A stretch of 64,000 nt of DNA. Origin: Amphiscolops sp. MND2022 (Eukaryota). The position numbers and the translations under genes are program-made. Location of the stretch: positions 12,340,001 through 12,404,000 of the forward strand of contig OZ076409.1 in the NCBI GenBank assembly GCA_964187785.1, read 5' to 3'. The notes beneath the pieces are model-generated. The model made no database searches and was not told where the DNA came from. It saw nothing but the letters and a program-made list of their open reading frames with translations. Below are positions 1-11,999 of the stretch, piece by piece; position 1 is the first letter of the stretch, and each line of letters starts with the position of its first letter.

Positions 1-381
1 CATTTATATAGCGCACAGTTGATCACTCTACCAGTTTACACCGCCTTTAATTCCTCTCGGATTAAAGAAAATATAACTACTATGATAAAAACGCCGAATT
101 TTCAGAAGCTAAAAGTGTTTGCTCAACGAGAGGCAAGAAAATGTGATAAATTGGACAGACTTTTTTTGTTTGGATTTAAAGCTTTCTTCATCGAACCAAA
201 TATCTGAATCCATTTTTATCATAGTTCAAGCTGACAAATTACACAAGCTCGGTTTGTTGTCAACGCCCACGCCTGGGGGAACTGAAAGGTGAGTAGTTGG
301 TGAAAGGTTTTCGAAAAGGCGTACGACGACAAAAAATCTCAGGCGAGATTATTCGGGGGAAAAAGACTTTCTGGGATTGAA

Positions 382-800
382 AACAAGACGAGGACGTCTA
401 AAGTCGGCGCTATATCTAAGGCTCCAAAAGCGCAAAACATTGTTTTGGAAAAGAAAGCTTGAAATAGTGCCGAAAAATGTAAAAGGGGGGACCCTTCGGG
501 ATTTATTAACATACATTCTGTTGCAAAAGAACAAAGAACTCGAAGGGGGACCCTTTGAGGACATTTAAAAAATTCGGAAAAAGTCGCACAGTGCTGAAAA
601 AATCGAAAGGGGGCCCCTTTGTCTCGTCCGGTTTTGTAGGTCACGTTAAAAAAAAGTAAAAAATGAAAGGGGGACTCTTTGCAATAAGTTTGCATTGAAC
701 GGACTTGGCCTTAGGTGGTTTCAGGATGTAGTCTGAAGGAAGAAAAAGTCACTGCTATAGTCAACATTTTTCCTTAAAAGGAAAACGCGCCGACTAAAAA
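382..800 (-). mobile_element. Helentron-associated (HINE/DINE-1-like) non-autonomous element, copy 1
   Basis: On the minus strand it begins TTTTTAGTCGGCGC and ends GCGCCGACT-TT-AGACG(TCCT)CGTCT-TGTT. This gives subterminal inverted repeats (402-410 / 787-795), a 3' mini-hairpin and T-rich ends. It shares ends with 1074-1420. Confidence 0.6.
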
Positions 801-1073
801 AATCAGCATTTGTAATTTTTTCTCATAGTTTTTTGTCAAAAAATGTCACCTTGTCAAAATTATACAAACATGTGGGCCTTTAGGCTCGAAAAACACATTT
901 TTTAACATCAAAAAAACTGAAACAGCGAACCTCTTGTGAAAAAACGTCGCACAGAGTCAAAAAAGCCGTAGGTCTTGTTCTCCTACTTAGGACCAACTGT
1001 TGTGAAAGTTCTCATTAGTTCCACAGTACCAAAAACAAATGGGTCATCCTCAGAAAAGACAACAGAAAACCTC

Positions 1074-1420
1074 AACAAGCCGGGAACGGCCCAAGTCGGC
1101 GCCATATCTAAGGCTCAAAAAAGAGCAAAAGGACTTCAAAGTGTCAAGTAATCTCTTCTACAGTACCCGCATGAGGAAAAAATTGAAAAATCGAAATTTT
1201 TTTTGGTCTCCCGATAAGTCACATAGTGCCGAAAAATGTAAACGGGGACCTCAAAAAAGCCTAATTAACATCTATCTCAAGTGCCAGTAGAAGTAGTGTG
1301 GCATTTAGTGTTAGTTTAAGTCAGTTTCTAAAGTTTATAAAATCTGTCACTTCGTTGGTCTTAAAAAAAGAAAAGTCACTACTATACTCTGCGTTTTTCT
1401 AGGAAAAGCGCCGACTAAAA
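1074..1420 (-). mobile_element. Helentron-associated (HINE/DINE-1-like) non-autonomous element, copy 2
   Basis: Same architecture as copy 1: AGTCGGCGC / GCGCCGACT subTIRs, GCCG(TTCC)CGGC hairpin then TTGTT at the 3' end, and the shared ATATCTAAGGCTC and AAAAGTCACT motifs. Confidence 0.6.
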
Positions 1421-2272
1421 AAGACAAGAAGTTGTGGAAAAGTTCACTGTGGAAAATTAATATTTGGCAGTGCACAGCGCCGAAAACCCCTATGGGTCTT
1501 CTATGCTGGGAGAACGTTTTTTTTTCTTGATGAAATGTAAAGGGGGACTTTCTGGTGAAAACACTTTTTCGACAAAAATCGCATAGTGCCGAAGAAAACC
1601 CAAAAGGGTGACCCTTTGGTCTTCCTTTTACATTTGCAACCATCAAACAACTTTGGTCCACTGTGGGATTTGATTTCATGTTTTCCTGCTCCTCAGGCCC
1701 CATCACTCGGCAGACACACTCTTGGTAACCTCTATTCCGAATAGAAAGTATTTTCAGCTTTCCACCAACATCTAGTAGATTTTGGCAGAAACTGGTAGAC
1801 TTTTTTTGTTTTCAAAGTCTCGAACCAGAACCAATATAAATTGCTTCTTAGGAAAACTAAAAAAATATTAGCGCTTTCTCACCGTATGATTGCGAATTTT
1901 TCTACGTTATTTCAAGTCAAGGACCATCCGACCATGGAATAACTGCAGCTTGTTCTAAAGGTACGGGCGGTGTTTCAAACGAAGTGTGCTTAAGTTACAA
2001 CATAAAAATTGTTTGTGAAAAAATGTCAACTAACTCTTGCAAGTTAGGTTGAAAACCTCAGGTAAAAAAGTTGTATTATGAAAAGTACTTGATGGTTTCG
2101 CCTATGACTTCCTTGTTGTTTGAAGTTGTCATAAACTGTAACGGAGGGTCGGATTTGCCTGGAAACCAAATAACAATTTTAGAAATTAGAGAATTTTTCA
2201 TTTTAGGGTTAGCGATGAGTATTTCTTTTGGTTATAGAGTTTTTGTAAGTTTGAAACTTTTTTCTTGTTAGC

Positions 2273-2357
2273 AATTGATCTGAATTGAAGCCGAATTATC
2301 CAAAAAATTGGTTTGAAACCAATTTTCTGGATAATTCGGCTTCAATTCAAATCAATT
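2273..2357. repeat. near-perfect 85-bp palindrome (42-bp arms, 1-nt spacer)
   Basis: AATTGATCTGAATTGAAGCCGAATTATCCAAAAAATTGGTTT-G-AAACCAATTTTCTGGATAATTCGGCTTCAATTCAAATCAATT, with 2 mismatches between the arms. Confidence 0.95.
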
Positions 2358-2688
2358 ACGACAAACTTGGGATAAAATAAGATGATTTTGAAAAGGTTTG
2401 CAGTTTTGAGGTGTAAACGGTCGTTTTGGTTCAGGAAAACCCAGTACGTTCATTAATGGTCTGCGCGTTGATTGACTTTGCTATACTAATGCTCTCTGTT
2501 TTAAAAGGTCTGATGCTCAAGGAGACTGGGATTGTTTTTCAAGAGAATGTTTCTTTCTCAGGTTTACTTTTCGCTCCGTTTATCTCCAGTATAATTAACT
2601 CAGTTTCCTTCTTCCAATGGATAAACATACAATTTACTCTCGCGAATTCTAACTGGTCAATTGTATTAACAGAAGAACTAATACTATC

Positions 2689-2966
2689 TGTGTCATTCAA
2701 GAAACTCATGAATGACTTTCCAATGAAACAATCGATGTTGTGATGATTAACAATTAACGTAGGTTATGTAATTTCACTTTTGAGTCAACGATTTACGAGA
2801 AAGTCAGCATGGTTAGTGAAACCTTTTACTTAATTTTGTGGGAAATTGAATACTTAGCTAAATTTGCTGGTATTGTAGATTTGAATCAATTCAACTGAAG
2901 ATTTTACAAACACTGATTTTCTTCTACGAAAACTACCCCACGAAGTGTAGTCGCCCCTAACGGCAA
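2689..2966 (+). repeat. 5' LTR of BEL/Pao element
   Basis: TGTGTCATTCAAG...GCCCCTAACGGCAA, repeated at 8486-8764. Confidence 0.95.
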
Positions 2967-2975
2967 ATTCAAATC

Positions 2976-5900
2976 ATGACAACTCCTTCTCAAGTCCAAG
3001 TGGAACAGAGGGCTAGAAGTTTGTCTTCAAGAAACTTTACCAAAGCATGTAACAGGTATGAGACTTTTCTATCTGAAGTTGAAAAATCTGCCGAAGAAAA
3101 CCAATTGTGTTTTGAAGACATTGTGAATACATGGAGTCTTCTTCAAGAAAAGCAAAATGAGTATTTGCTTAAATTAGACCAAGAAAAGTACGATAATGAA
3201 ATTTCTTGGATTGACGAGCCTGAAAATCGATTTCATGCACTAAGATCAAAAAAGTGCCAACTCGAAATCTTACTGAAAGAAGAGAAAATGAAAAGGGAAA
3301 AAGAGGAACTATATCAGAAAACTATAGAGCTTGCTGAATCAGATGAATTGAAACGTCAAGATGAAATAAAAGAGACAGTTAGAAAAATGAAAGAAAAGTA
3401 CAAGGTTGAAGTCAATCGTTTACACAACATTTGTCAATCATTTGAAAACCTTCCAAAAGTTACAGAACGAGTTTTGAAAAACGTCAAATACGACTTCGAT
3501 AACCAATACAAAGAAGTGAAGTTGGTCATTGATTCTCTTTCTGAATTAGTAAACCAGGAGACAATTTTTGAAAAGGAAAACAAAGAACTCACAGAAATTT
3601 CAACGAAGTTTTTTGATATGATGTATGCCGCCTCCAGTTCGGAACCTTTTCAGTCAGAAAACGGCGGCGGTGATGTTTTGCAAGACAGAAAATCGTTTAC
3701 ACACATGGAAAAGCTCAAGTTTCCTAAGTTCAGCGGAAATTGCAGAGACTGGCCTCAATTCAGAAAAGATTTTGAAAAACAAGTTGAAAATGTGATAAAG
3801 GATGAAGCTACTGTGTCATACGCTCTGAGAAACGCTTTACCAGAAAACATAAAAAGTTTAGTGAGGAATATGAGTGATGATTTGAAAGAAATGTGGCGAC
3901 CTTTAGAAGAACGGTATGGTGATGAAGGTAAAATTGTTGAAATTGTGTTGAACGACATAAAACACTACAAGCCTGTGCGAGAAAATGAAGAACGTCGTCT
4001 GTTGAATTTTATTGATATTATTGAAAAAGCTGATCTAGAACTGAAGTACTTAGGACGTGAATCAGAAATCAAAAATAGTACAATCATTTCAATCATTGAA
4101 GAAAAGCTACCAGACGAATTGAGAAGAAAATGGATAGAACGAATTTATGACAAAGAGGGTACAATTGATAAAAGGGATAAGTTTCCCGGATTCTTGAAGT
4201 TTTTACTCGAAAGAAAAATGGTGATTGAATATGAGATCAATTTGACGAAACGTACCGGAGATGATATCAAAGGAAATGTGAAAATGACCATTTCTAAAAG
4301 TGAAGAAGCTGATTTTTCGAAAAACAAGTGTCTTCTTCATCCGAGTGGAACTCATAAAACCGAAGACTGTCGATTGTTTCTGGACAAAAATGCGAAGCAA
4401 AGAGCTGATATTGTTAAAGATAATCGTGCTTGTTTCAACTGTCTCGTCGCTGGGCACACATCCAGAACTTGTCGCACCAGAAAAGTTTGTAGCAAAGCTG
4501 AATGCGGTGAAAATCATCATCTTCTTTTACACGATGATAATTTTTTGAGCAACAGAAATGAAACAAACTGTTTTTCTGCAAAATGTGATGTTTCAAACAA
4601 CCCAGAAAAAAGTTTACTGCAGGTTATGTCTATTGAAGTCAACTCTGGCTCAAACAAACAAGAAGTATTAGCCCTATGGGATTCTGGGTCTACAGTTTCT
4701 TTAATTCTCAACAATGTAGCAAATAACTTGAAGTTGAGAGGAAAACCTGTGTCGATTACCATGGAAACATTGGGCAGAGTTGTCAAAAAACAAACGAATC
4801 TCTTTGTTATGCAAATCAAGGACCGGAAACACAACATAGTGCAAATTGAAGCTTACGGCGATGACGAAATTTCTAGAGATATGTACAATACAGAACTGCA
4901 GAAAAAACTGTTTCCTGAAGATTTTGCTTGTCAAGATAGTCAGAAAGCTCATATTGGTTTACTCTTAGGTTTGAACGTGGTTCAGTATCATCCTGTGCCT
5001 GTGAAAAGAAAGAATAACTTTGTCTTGTTTGAAAATACTTTTGGTAAATGTGTTGGTGGTAGTAGCTGCCACTCGTCTGGATATTCCTTCACCAAGGTTA
5101 ACTTCGTGCAGACGGCTATCACTATGGAAGATTTCTACAATGTTGAAAACTTAGGAATTGCTTGTAACCCCAAATGTGGCAACTGCCAATGTGGTGGTTG
5201 TCCTCTTGGTTCCTCTGAGTTTTCAATCAAGGAACAAAAGGAGTTAGAAATAATTGAAAAGGGTTTGACTATTTGTGATAAAGTTTGGACTGCAAAGTAC
5301 CCTTTGATAAAAAGTTCGAAACAATTGCCGAATAACTTTCACGTTGCAGAGAAGATGTTATTCACTACCGAAAGGAGGCTCATGAAGGATCCTATTCATG
5401 CGAAAACGTACCAAAGTCAGATCGATGACATGATTGAACGAGGAGTCGCGAAGAAGATGTCAAAAGAAGATCTAGATTATGACGGTCCAGTGCATTATAT
5501 CAGCCATCATGAAGTACTAAAGCAAGAGTCAGCTTCTACTCCTTGTCCAATAGTTTTCAACGCCTCTGCAAATTACAAAAGTCACGTTTTAAATGAGTAT
5601 TGGGCTAAAGGACCCGATCTACTGGGCAATCTTTTGGGCATTCTAGTCAAATTTAGAGAAAATTTTGTGGGCTATATCGACGATGTGAAAAAAATGTATC
5701 ATACAGTGCGACTAGATCCTAAAGATCAACAGACACATCGTTTTTTGTGGAGAGATTTCCGACAAGATGATAAACCAGACCATTATATGATGCAAGTGGT
5801 TTCTTTTGGTGACAGACCCGCAGCAACAATTGCTCAGCTCGCCTTAAGGAAAACAGCGGAAATGGCGAATGACGAGTACTCGGAAGAAAAAAAGGTTGTT

Positions 5901-8456
5901 CTAAGTTCAACTTATATGGATGACATTGTCGACAGCGTCCATGATCATGACGTAGCCACTAAACGAACTAAAAAAATTGATGAAATGTAAGCTGAAGGAT
6001 CTTTTAAAATCAAAAACTGGATTTATTCAGGTCATAAGGAGCCGCCATCTGATATAGTAGGTCTCGCAGCTCATGAAAAAGTTTTGGGACTTTACTGGAA
6101 TTTGCAGAAAGATGTTTTTGTTTTCAAGTCGAAAATTGTCATCAAGCCAAAATCGGGAAAAGAACCCATCAAATCGTACCATGCTGCAGAGGATCTCAAA
6201 AGGGATGGTATTGACAATTTAACAAGACGACAAGCTTTGAGTCAAGTCAATTCCATTTACGACCCCTTAGGATTAGCAACACCATTCATTCTGAAAGCTA
6301 AAAAACTGATGCGAAAAACATGGAAATCAGAAGAAGCTTCTGATTGGGATGATGCCTTGTCGGATGAACTCACTACTGAATGGATTTTGTTGTTTCAAGA
6401 ACTTTTTGAAATGACCGAAATTGAGTTTGTGCGTTGCATTAGACCGTATCACAATGTTGGTGATCCAATACTTGTCATATTCAGTGATGCCTCCAAAGAT
6501 GCATATGGGGCAGTTGCCTACGCGGTATGGACTCTCTCAAACGGGACTAATGAAGCTAGGTTAATTGTTGCTAAAAGCAGACTAGCCCCGAAGAAGCAAA
6601 TATCTATTGTACGACTGGAATTGTGTGGTGTTTTGGTTGCTGTCAGACTAAAAAAGTTTCTTTTCAAACATTCCCGACTCCATTTTAAAGATGTGAAGTT
6701 CCTTTGTGATTCTGAAGTTGTGAGAGCAATGATACAAAAGGACTCCTATGGTTTCAACTCTTTCACTGGAGTGAGACTGGGCGAAATTCAGGAAACTGAA
6801 AATCGGAACGCTTTCTATTGGGTCTCAGGTGAAGTCAATGTAGCTGATTTAATTTCTAGAGGGTCTTCTCCGAAAGAACTCAGAGTTGATAGCAAATGGC
6901 AAACAGGACCTTCATTTCTCAAAAATCTTGTGTTTGAATGGCCCCTTGAACAAAAAATGTATGCGTAAGAGCTACTGCCAGAAGTTATTTCCTGCAAAAG
7001 TTTTCTAGTTAATCAAAGAAATTCAACTCCTTTTGTGGAATTTGACACTACTAGATTTTCGAATGTTAACTCACTTGTACGAACTGTTGCCCGAGTGTTG
7101 TCAGTTTGTTCTTCAAGATCGTTCAGGAAAGTGAAAGATACGCCAAATACCGAAAAAGTGAAAGAAGCCTGGGAATTTATAGTGAGGTCTGAACAAAACA
7201 AGATTATGACAGATTTTGAAGCTGGAAAATTTGATTCATTGGGTGCTTTTTTGGACCCGAATGGAATTATTCATGTGGGGCGGAGGATTCAACAGACAGT
7301 GCCTTTAATTCCAAAGTCGCCATTAGTTGAACTCTTGATCAAAGATGCTCACGAAATGGGACATGGTGGAGTTTTACACACAGCCAGCAAAGTCAGAACA
7401 AAAGTTTGGGTTTTTCATTTGTTGAAACTAGTAAAATATATCCTGAAGAAATGCACAGGTTGCAAAATTTTCAACAAAACCAGAGCTGTTCAGTTAATGG
7501 GAGCACATACTGATGAAAGAACTCAACTTTCATATCCTTTCTCAAGCATATGCGTTGATCTTTTTGGACCGTATGAAGTTAAGGATTGCTTCAGAAAATC
7601 AACTGTAAGGAAAGTGTATGCGGCTATTTTTACATGTTTGTTTTCCAGAGCAGTTTACTTGGACATTGTTCTGAGCTACTCAACAGAAGAATTTTTGCAA
7701 ACATTCCGAAGATTTGTTACTATAAGAGGTTACCCCGAGGTGATTCATTCAGATTCTGGCACACAATTAGTTGGTGCAAACAGGCAACTCCAAAGTGTTT
7801 ATCGAGTTCTCGATCCTGACATTTTGTCAAAAGAACTGCTTTTCAAAGGAGTTAGATGGGAGTTTGCACCAGGCTGTGCACCTTGGCGTCAAGCATGTGC
7901 AGAATCATTGATCGCTTCTGTGAAAAAATGTTTGTTCTTCGCAATTGGTAGTCAAGTTTTATCCCTTATCGAATTCCAGACAGTGCTGTTTGAGAGAGCT
8001 AATTTGCTCAATGATCGTCCAATTGGCAAGCATCCTACTCAACCCGAAGATGGTTTTTATTTGTCTCCCAATAGTCTTCTACTTAGCCGAACAATGAATC
8101 AATCGGTGCCTTTCATCCATGTCAAAACAGAAAAGATGGCTCGACATAAGCTAGTTGAGACTATTATGAATTCGTTCTGGAAGAAATGGCGGCAGTCTTT
8201 CTTGCCTCAAATGGCCTGCTACAAAACCTGGAAAAAAGAACGGAAGAACGTTCAAGCCGGCGATGTAGTTTTGTTAGAGGATCAAAATGCAATTCGAGGT
8301 ATTTGGAAGATTGGCATTGTAAAAAACGTCTACCCTGGACGTGATAATCTTGTGAGAGATGTGGAAGTTGAAGTTGTGAGTAAAGACGGATCCAAGACAC
8401 TTTTGTCTCGGCCAATACAAAAATTAGTCATTATTGTGCCCAAGGATGAACAGTAA
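2976..8456 (+). pseudogene. gag-pol: BEL/Pao Gag-Pol polyprotein with two in-frame TAA stops (5988-5990, 6966-6968)
   Basis: ORFs 2976, 6084 and 7035 share one frame. Motifs: Gag PKFSG..W..F; triple Cys/His cluster (CLLH..H..C, CFNC..GH..C, C..C..HH.LLH); protease WDSGS; RT YMDD; RNase H FSDAS/RLEL/DSE; integrase H-H-C-C, VDLFGP, SDSGTQ and E; C-terminal FWKKW...W..G.V...PG.D..VR. Confidence 0.95.
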
Positions 8457-8485
8457 GGATGTAACCTTGGTAACCCCGCCCGGAG

Positions 8486-8764
8486 TGTGTCATTCAAGAA
8501 AACTCATGAATGACTTTCCAATGAAACAATCGATGTTGTGATGATTAACAATCAACGTAGGTTATGTAATTTCACTTTTGAGTCAACGATTTACGAGAAA
8601 GTCAGCATGGTTAGTGAGACCTTTTACTTAATTTTGTGGGAAATTGAATACTTAGCTAAATTTGCTGGTATTGTAGATTTGAATCAATTCAACTGAAGAT
8701 TTTACAAACACTGATTTTCTTCTACGAAAACTACCCCACGAAGTGTAGTCGCCCCTAACGGCAA
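8486..8764 (+). repeat. 3' LTR of BEL/Pao element
   Basis: Copy of 2689-2966 with one extra A and two substitutions. Confidence 0.95.
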
Positions 8765-8840
8765 ACTATCTAAGGCAAATCTTCGTGCAAAGTAAAACAC
8801 AGAGTGCCGAAAAATTCTTAGGTAGCTACCAGAATAGAAG

Positions 8841-9098
8841 TTAAAAGGTCTGATGCTCAAGGAAACTGGGATTGTTTTTCAAGAGAATGTTTCTTTCTTA
8901 GGTTTACTTTTTGCTCCGTTTATCTCCGGTATAATTAACTCAGTTTAATTCACCCAATGGATTAACATGCAATTTTACTCTCGCGAATTCTAACTGGTCA
9001 ATTGTATTAACAAGAACTAATACTATCTAAGGCAAATCTTCGTGCAAAGGAAACCACAGAGTGCCGAAAAATTCTTAGGTAGCTACCAGAAAAGAAGT
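8841..9098 (+). repeat. second copy of a ~260-bp tandem duplication; carries the empty BEL insertion site
   Basis: TTAAAAGGTCTGATGCTCAAGG...AATACTATCTAAGGCAAATC...GCTACCAGAA matches 2501-2688 joined to 8771-8840. Confidence 0.9.
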
Positions 9099-9733
9099 TT
9101 CATTGAACATATTCTGTGTAGACAGAAACAAGTTTTAAGTGGAATAATGACTTCTATAGCCCCAATCGACTTGAACATTTTTCTGTGATCCAGACGTTTT
9201 ATGGAACAAACAAGATTTTGGTATATATAACCAACCATATATCAAAAAAGAACCAAAGTCAGAAGTTATCTATTCAGAAACGATTGTTTCGAGACACTGA
9301 AGCAGCCAAAATTACAACATGCATCTTTCGCTAGTATTATTCTCTCGCCAAGATTCCCATATAGAACCATCACAAAAGCATGGATCCATTTTCACTCAGT
9401 GTTGTCCAAAGTGTGCCAAATAGGGGACTACCCTGAAATAGGTGAATGTGAATGATGCAGTGCATTTTTCCCGGGTTTTTTCCATCAGTATTATTGTCGA
9501 TGTAAAACAAGACCCCCGCTATTTTTTCCGCTTTCAATTGGCTCACAATGGACGCCTAATCGAAAATTCACCCCCTCCTTAGTGAAACTCAATTTACTTC
9601 GGATATAACTTGTGTAAGCTTTTGTTCGTTTTGAGTGAAAAATACAGCTCAATTGACTGGTTAGAAATTGATATTAATGAAGGTTTTGGACAATTATCAT
9701 CTCACTTACTAAATACCATGGATGGGTATGCCC

Positions 9734-10618
9734 CCCAGTGTTCGTAGCCATGGAACCCTTGCCATGATCATGGTAAATCTTGCTAAATCATGGTTAACCA
9801 TGGTACCCTTGTCAAGATCATGGCAAACCATGATACATGGAACGCTTGTCAAGATCATGGCAAGATCATGGCAAGATCTTGACAAGATAACCATGGTAAG
9901 ACATGTAAGCTGGTATTAATTGTGCATTATTTATTCTTTTCGCAAAAATTCCTTGTCTGCAATTTCTGAAACAGCCATTGTAATAACTTGGGACATAACA
10001 TTTTTTGATCGAAACTAGTTTTTTAATTGAAATTTATTCAAAACTTGTTCAATAATTTTCTGCACCTTATGACCGAGTTTTGTTACTTGAGAGCACGGCA
10101 TTGTTACAACTATCATAAATTATCATACAAAGCAAACTCCGAATCCAGATATTGCAACTTGCGGGTTTGCGATATCGGTGTGAAAATCAACTTTTCTAGC
10201 TATGATCGGTTTACATTTATGCAAATCATGCTATTACATTTTCTATTGAGGTAATGGATTCTAATTACTGAAGTTTGAGAATGCAATAAAAATTTATAAT
10301 GGTCGGAGCAGAAACGTTTTTCCTTTAATGTCTTCGAGTATCAGTTTTTATTCTGTATAATCCTATACATGTCTGTTTTTTGGTCCGAATATATTTTTAG
10401 ATACTAGTTACAATTTGAAAACAAGATCGCTGAATTTTCCAAAAGTTTCGCTAATGGTACCATGGAACCCTTGCCAAGATCATGGTTAATCATGGTTAGC
10501 CTTTGCACGATCTTGCATGGCCATGGTATCCTTGCCAAGATCATGGCAAGATCTTGGCAAGGCTAGCAAGGAACTTGCCATGGATCTTGGCAAGGGTACC
10601 ATGGCTTCGAACACTGGG
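9734..10618. mobile_element. non-autonomous TIR DNA transposon (CACTA/EnSpm-like MITE)
   Basis: ~31-bp TIRs CCCAGTGTTCG(T/A)AGCCATGG(A/T)ACCCTTGCCA, flanked by CC/CC (2-bp TSD). Arrays of CAAGATCATGG / CAAGATCTTG subterminal repeats at both ends. No transposase ORF. Confidence 0.8.
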
Positions 10619-11999
10619 CCGATGAAAGTTTTACGAACAAATAGAAAATCATGGGTGGACAATAAAGTGAAGCGAGAAATGGACAAGACGCCCGCTGAGC
10701 AGCGGAATATTTTCGGTCCAAAACAGTTCTACAACTATATAAATTTGGGGCTCAAGAATAGCCAATGCACTATGAAAAAAAGTTCGAAGAAAAATTCTTT
10801 GATTCAACTTGGTTCATTTTTAAGTCAACACCTAATTTATTATTTCTGCAAAAGCTGACCATTTTTGTATTTTCGACACTATGCGACTTACCGCGTGACG
10901 TGAAACAGTTCGAAGACAATTTTCGAAAAATATTTTCCACAACTTTTAGTTTTTGAGGCTTTCTGTAAAGGAAATAAGTTTCCCGAGTCTTGGGTGTGAC
11001 CTCTTGGTTGCTTTTGATACTTTGGAACAGATGAGTTTTCTTGAAGATTGTGGAAAATACCTCTTTTCATGTTTGTTTTTGGGTCATTCCCCGGTTTTCT
11101 TCTTACGTGGGAAACTGCAAAAACATTTTCCCTTTGAAGGTTCACTCCAAATCTAATGATTATGCTTGGAGTTTTATGAATATTAAATAATTCACGAAAG
11201 AGTTCGAAAAGGAGTTTTACGTTTTCAAATAATTTTTTTTTGGAAATTGTGCACAAAAACTTGTCTGATATCTTTCCGAAACTCTACCGGCAGCTACACA
11301 TTTCAATCCTGAGCCTATGGGTTTTCTGATTGAAGTAAATTTTCGGAAAGGTTCCAAAATTGTTACTGGGTTGTCGAAAATTGAGAAAATTCGAAAATTC
11401 TTACACCTTTGTTGTAAACTCGAAGAACATCATCGTACTTTCTTTCCCAAATTGCGTTTTGAAAATCTTATTGTTTCAACGTTCAGGTGAATGGAATTTC
11501 TATTCCACAAAATTTTCGTGGTTTGAACAAAAATTTGGATTGATTTGTCAAAAAACGTGCTTTTTGTGGTTTATCGGGTTTTGGGGTGTTTTTGAGGCCA
11601 TTTCCAACAATATTGCAGTTATAACTTCAATATTGCGTACTGGATACCAGGACTAGTCATTTTTAATATTTTTAAAACCTCCTTATGCAAGGAAGTAGCT
11701 TAAAATTTGTACAAAAAGGTGCATAAAATGTGTTGAAAATTTAAAATTCTCAGTTTTGGCATAAATTGGGTTATTCTGAGGAAACTTTCTGCCATAAAAA
11801 ACGCAAATTCATGTTCACAATACGTGCTGCTGTGGACCTAATATCATCATCTTAATCTATTGGTAGTATTTAATTTTATTATTTTCCACTGTCAAAGTTT
11901 TCTAGTCTCAAATAAAAATTCACTGGAAGTGTCAGAAATAGGCAAAATGTCGAATTTTTGAGGTCACTTTTGAACATTTTCCAACCGAAGTCTCCAAAG

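Larger units (their letters stand above)
2689..8764 (+). mobile_element. BEL/Pao (Belpaoviridae) LTR retrotransposon, full length
   Basis: Direct LTRs at 2689-2966 and 8486-8764 (about 3 differences). TSD ACTATC at 2683-2688 and 8765-8770. Single gag-pol frame with BEL domain order. Confidence 0.97.

Noticed and set aside
19..2743. Short ORFs as host genes
   Set aside because: They lie in repeats or low-complexity AT-rich DNA, with no domain signatures or coherent exon structure.
3755..8415. Antisense and alternate-frame ORFs within BEL gag-pol (and similar ones inside the Gypsy element)
   Set aside because: Short shadow ORFs of the main coding frame with no recognisable motifs.
9709..10858. 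Short ORFs on both strands (SRSWQDL/SCHDL repeats)
   Set aside because: They are translations of the MITE's palindromic subterminal repeats.
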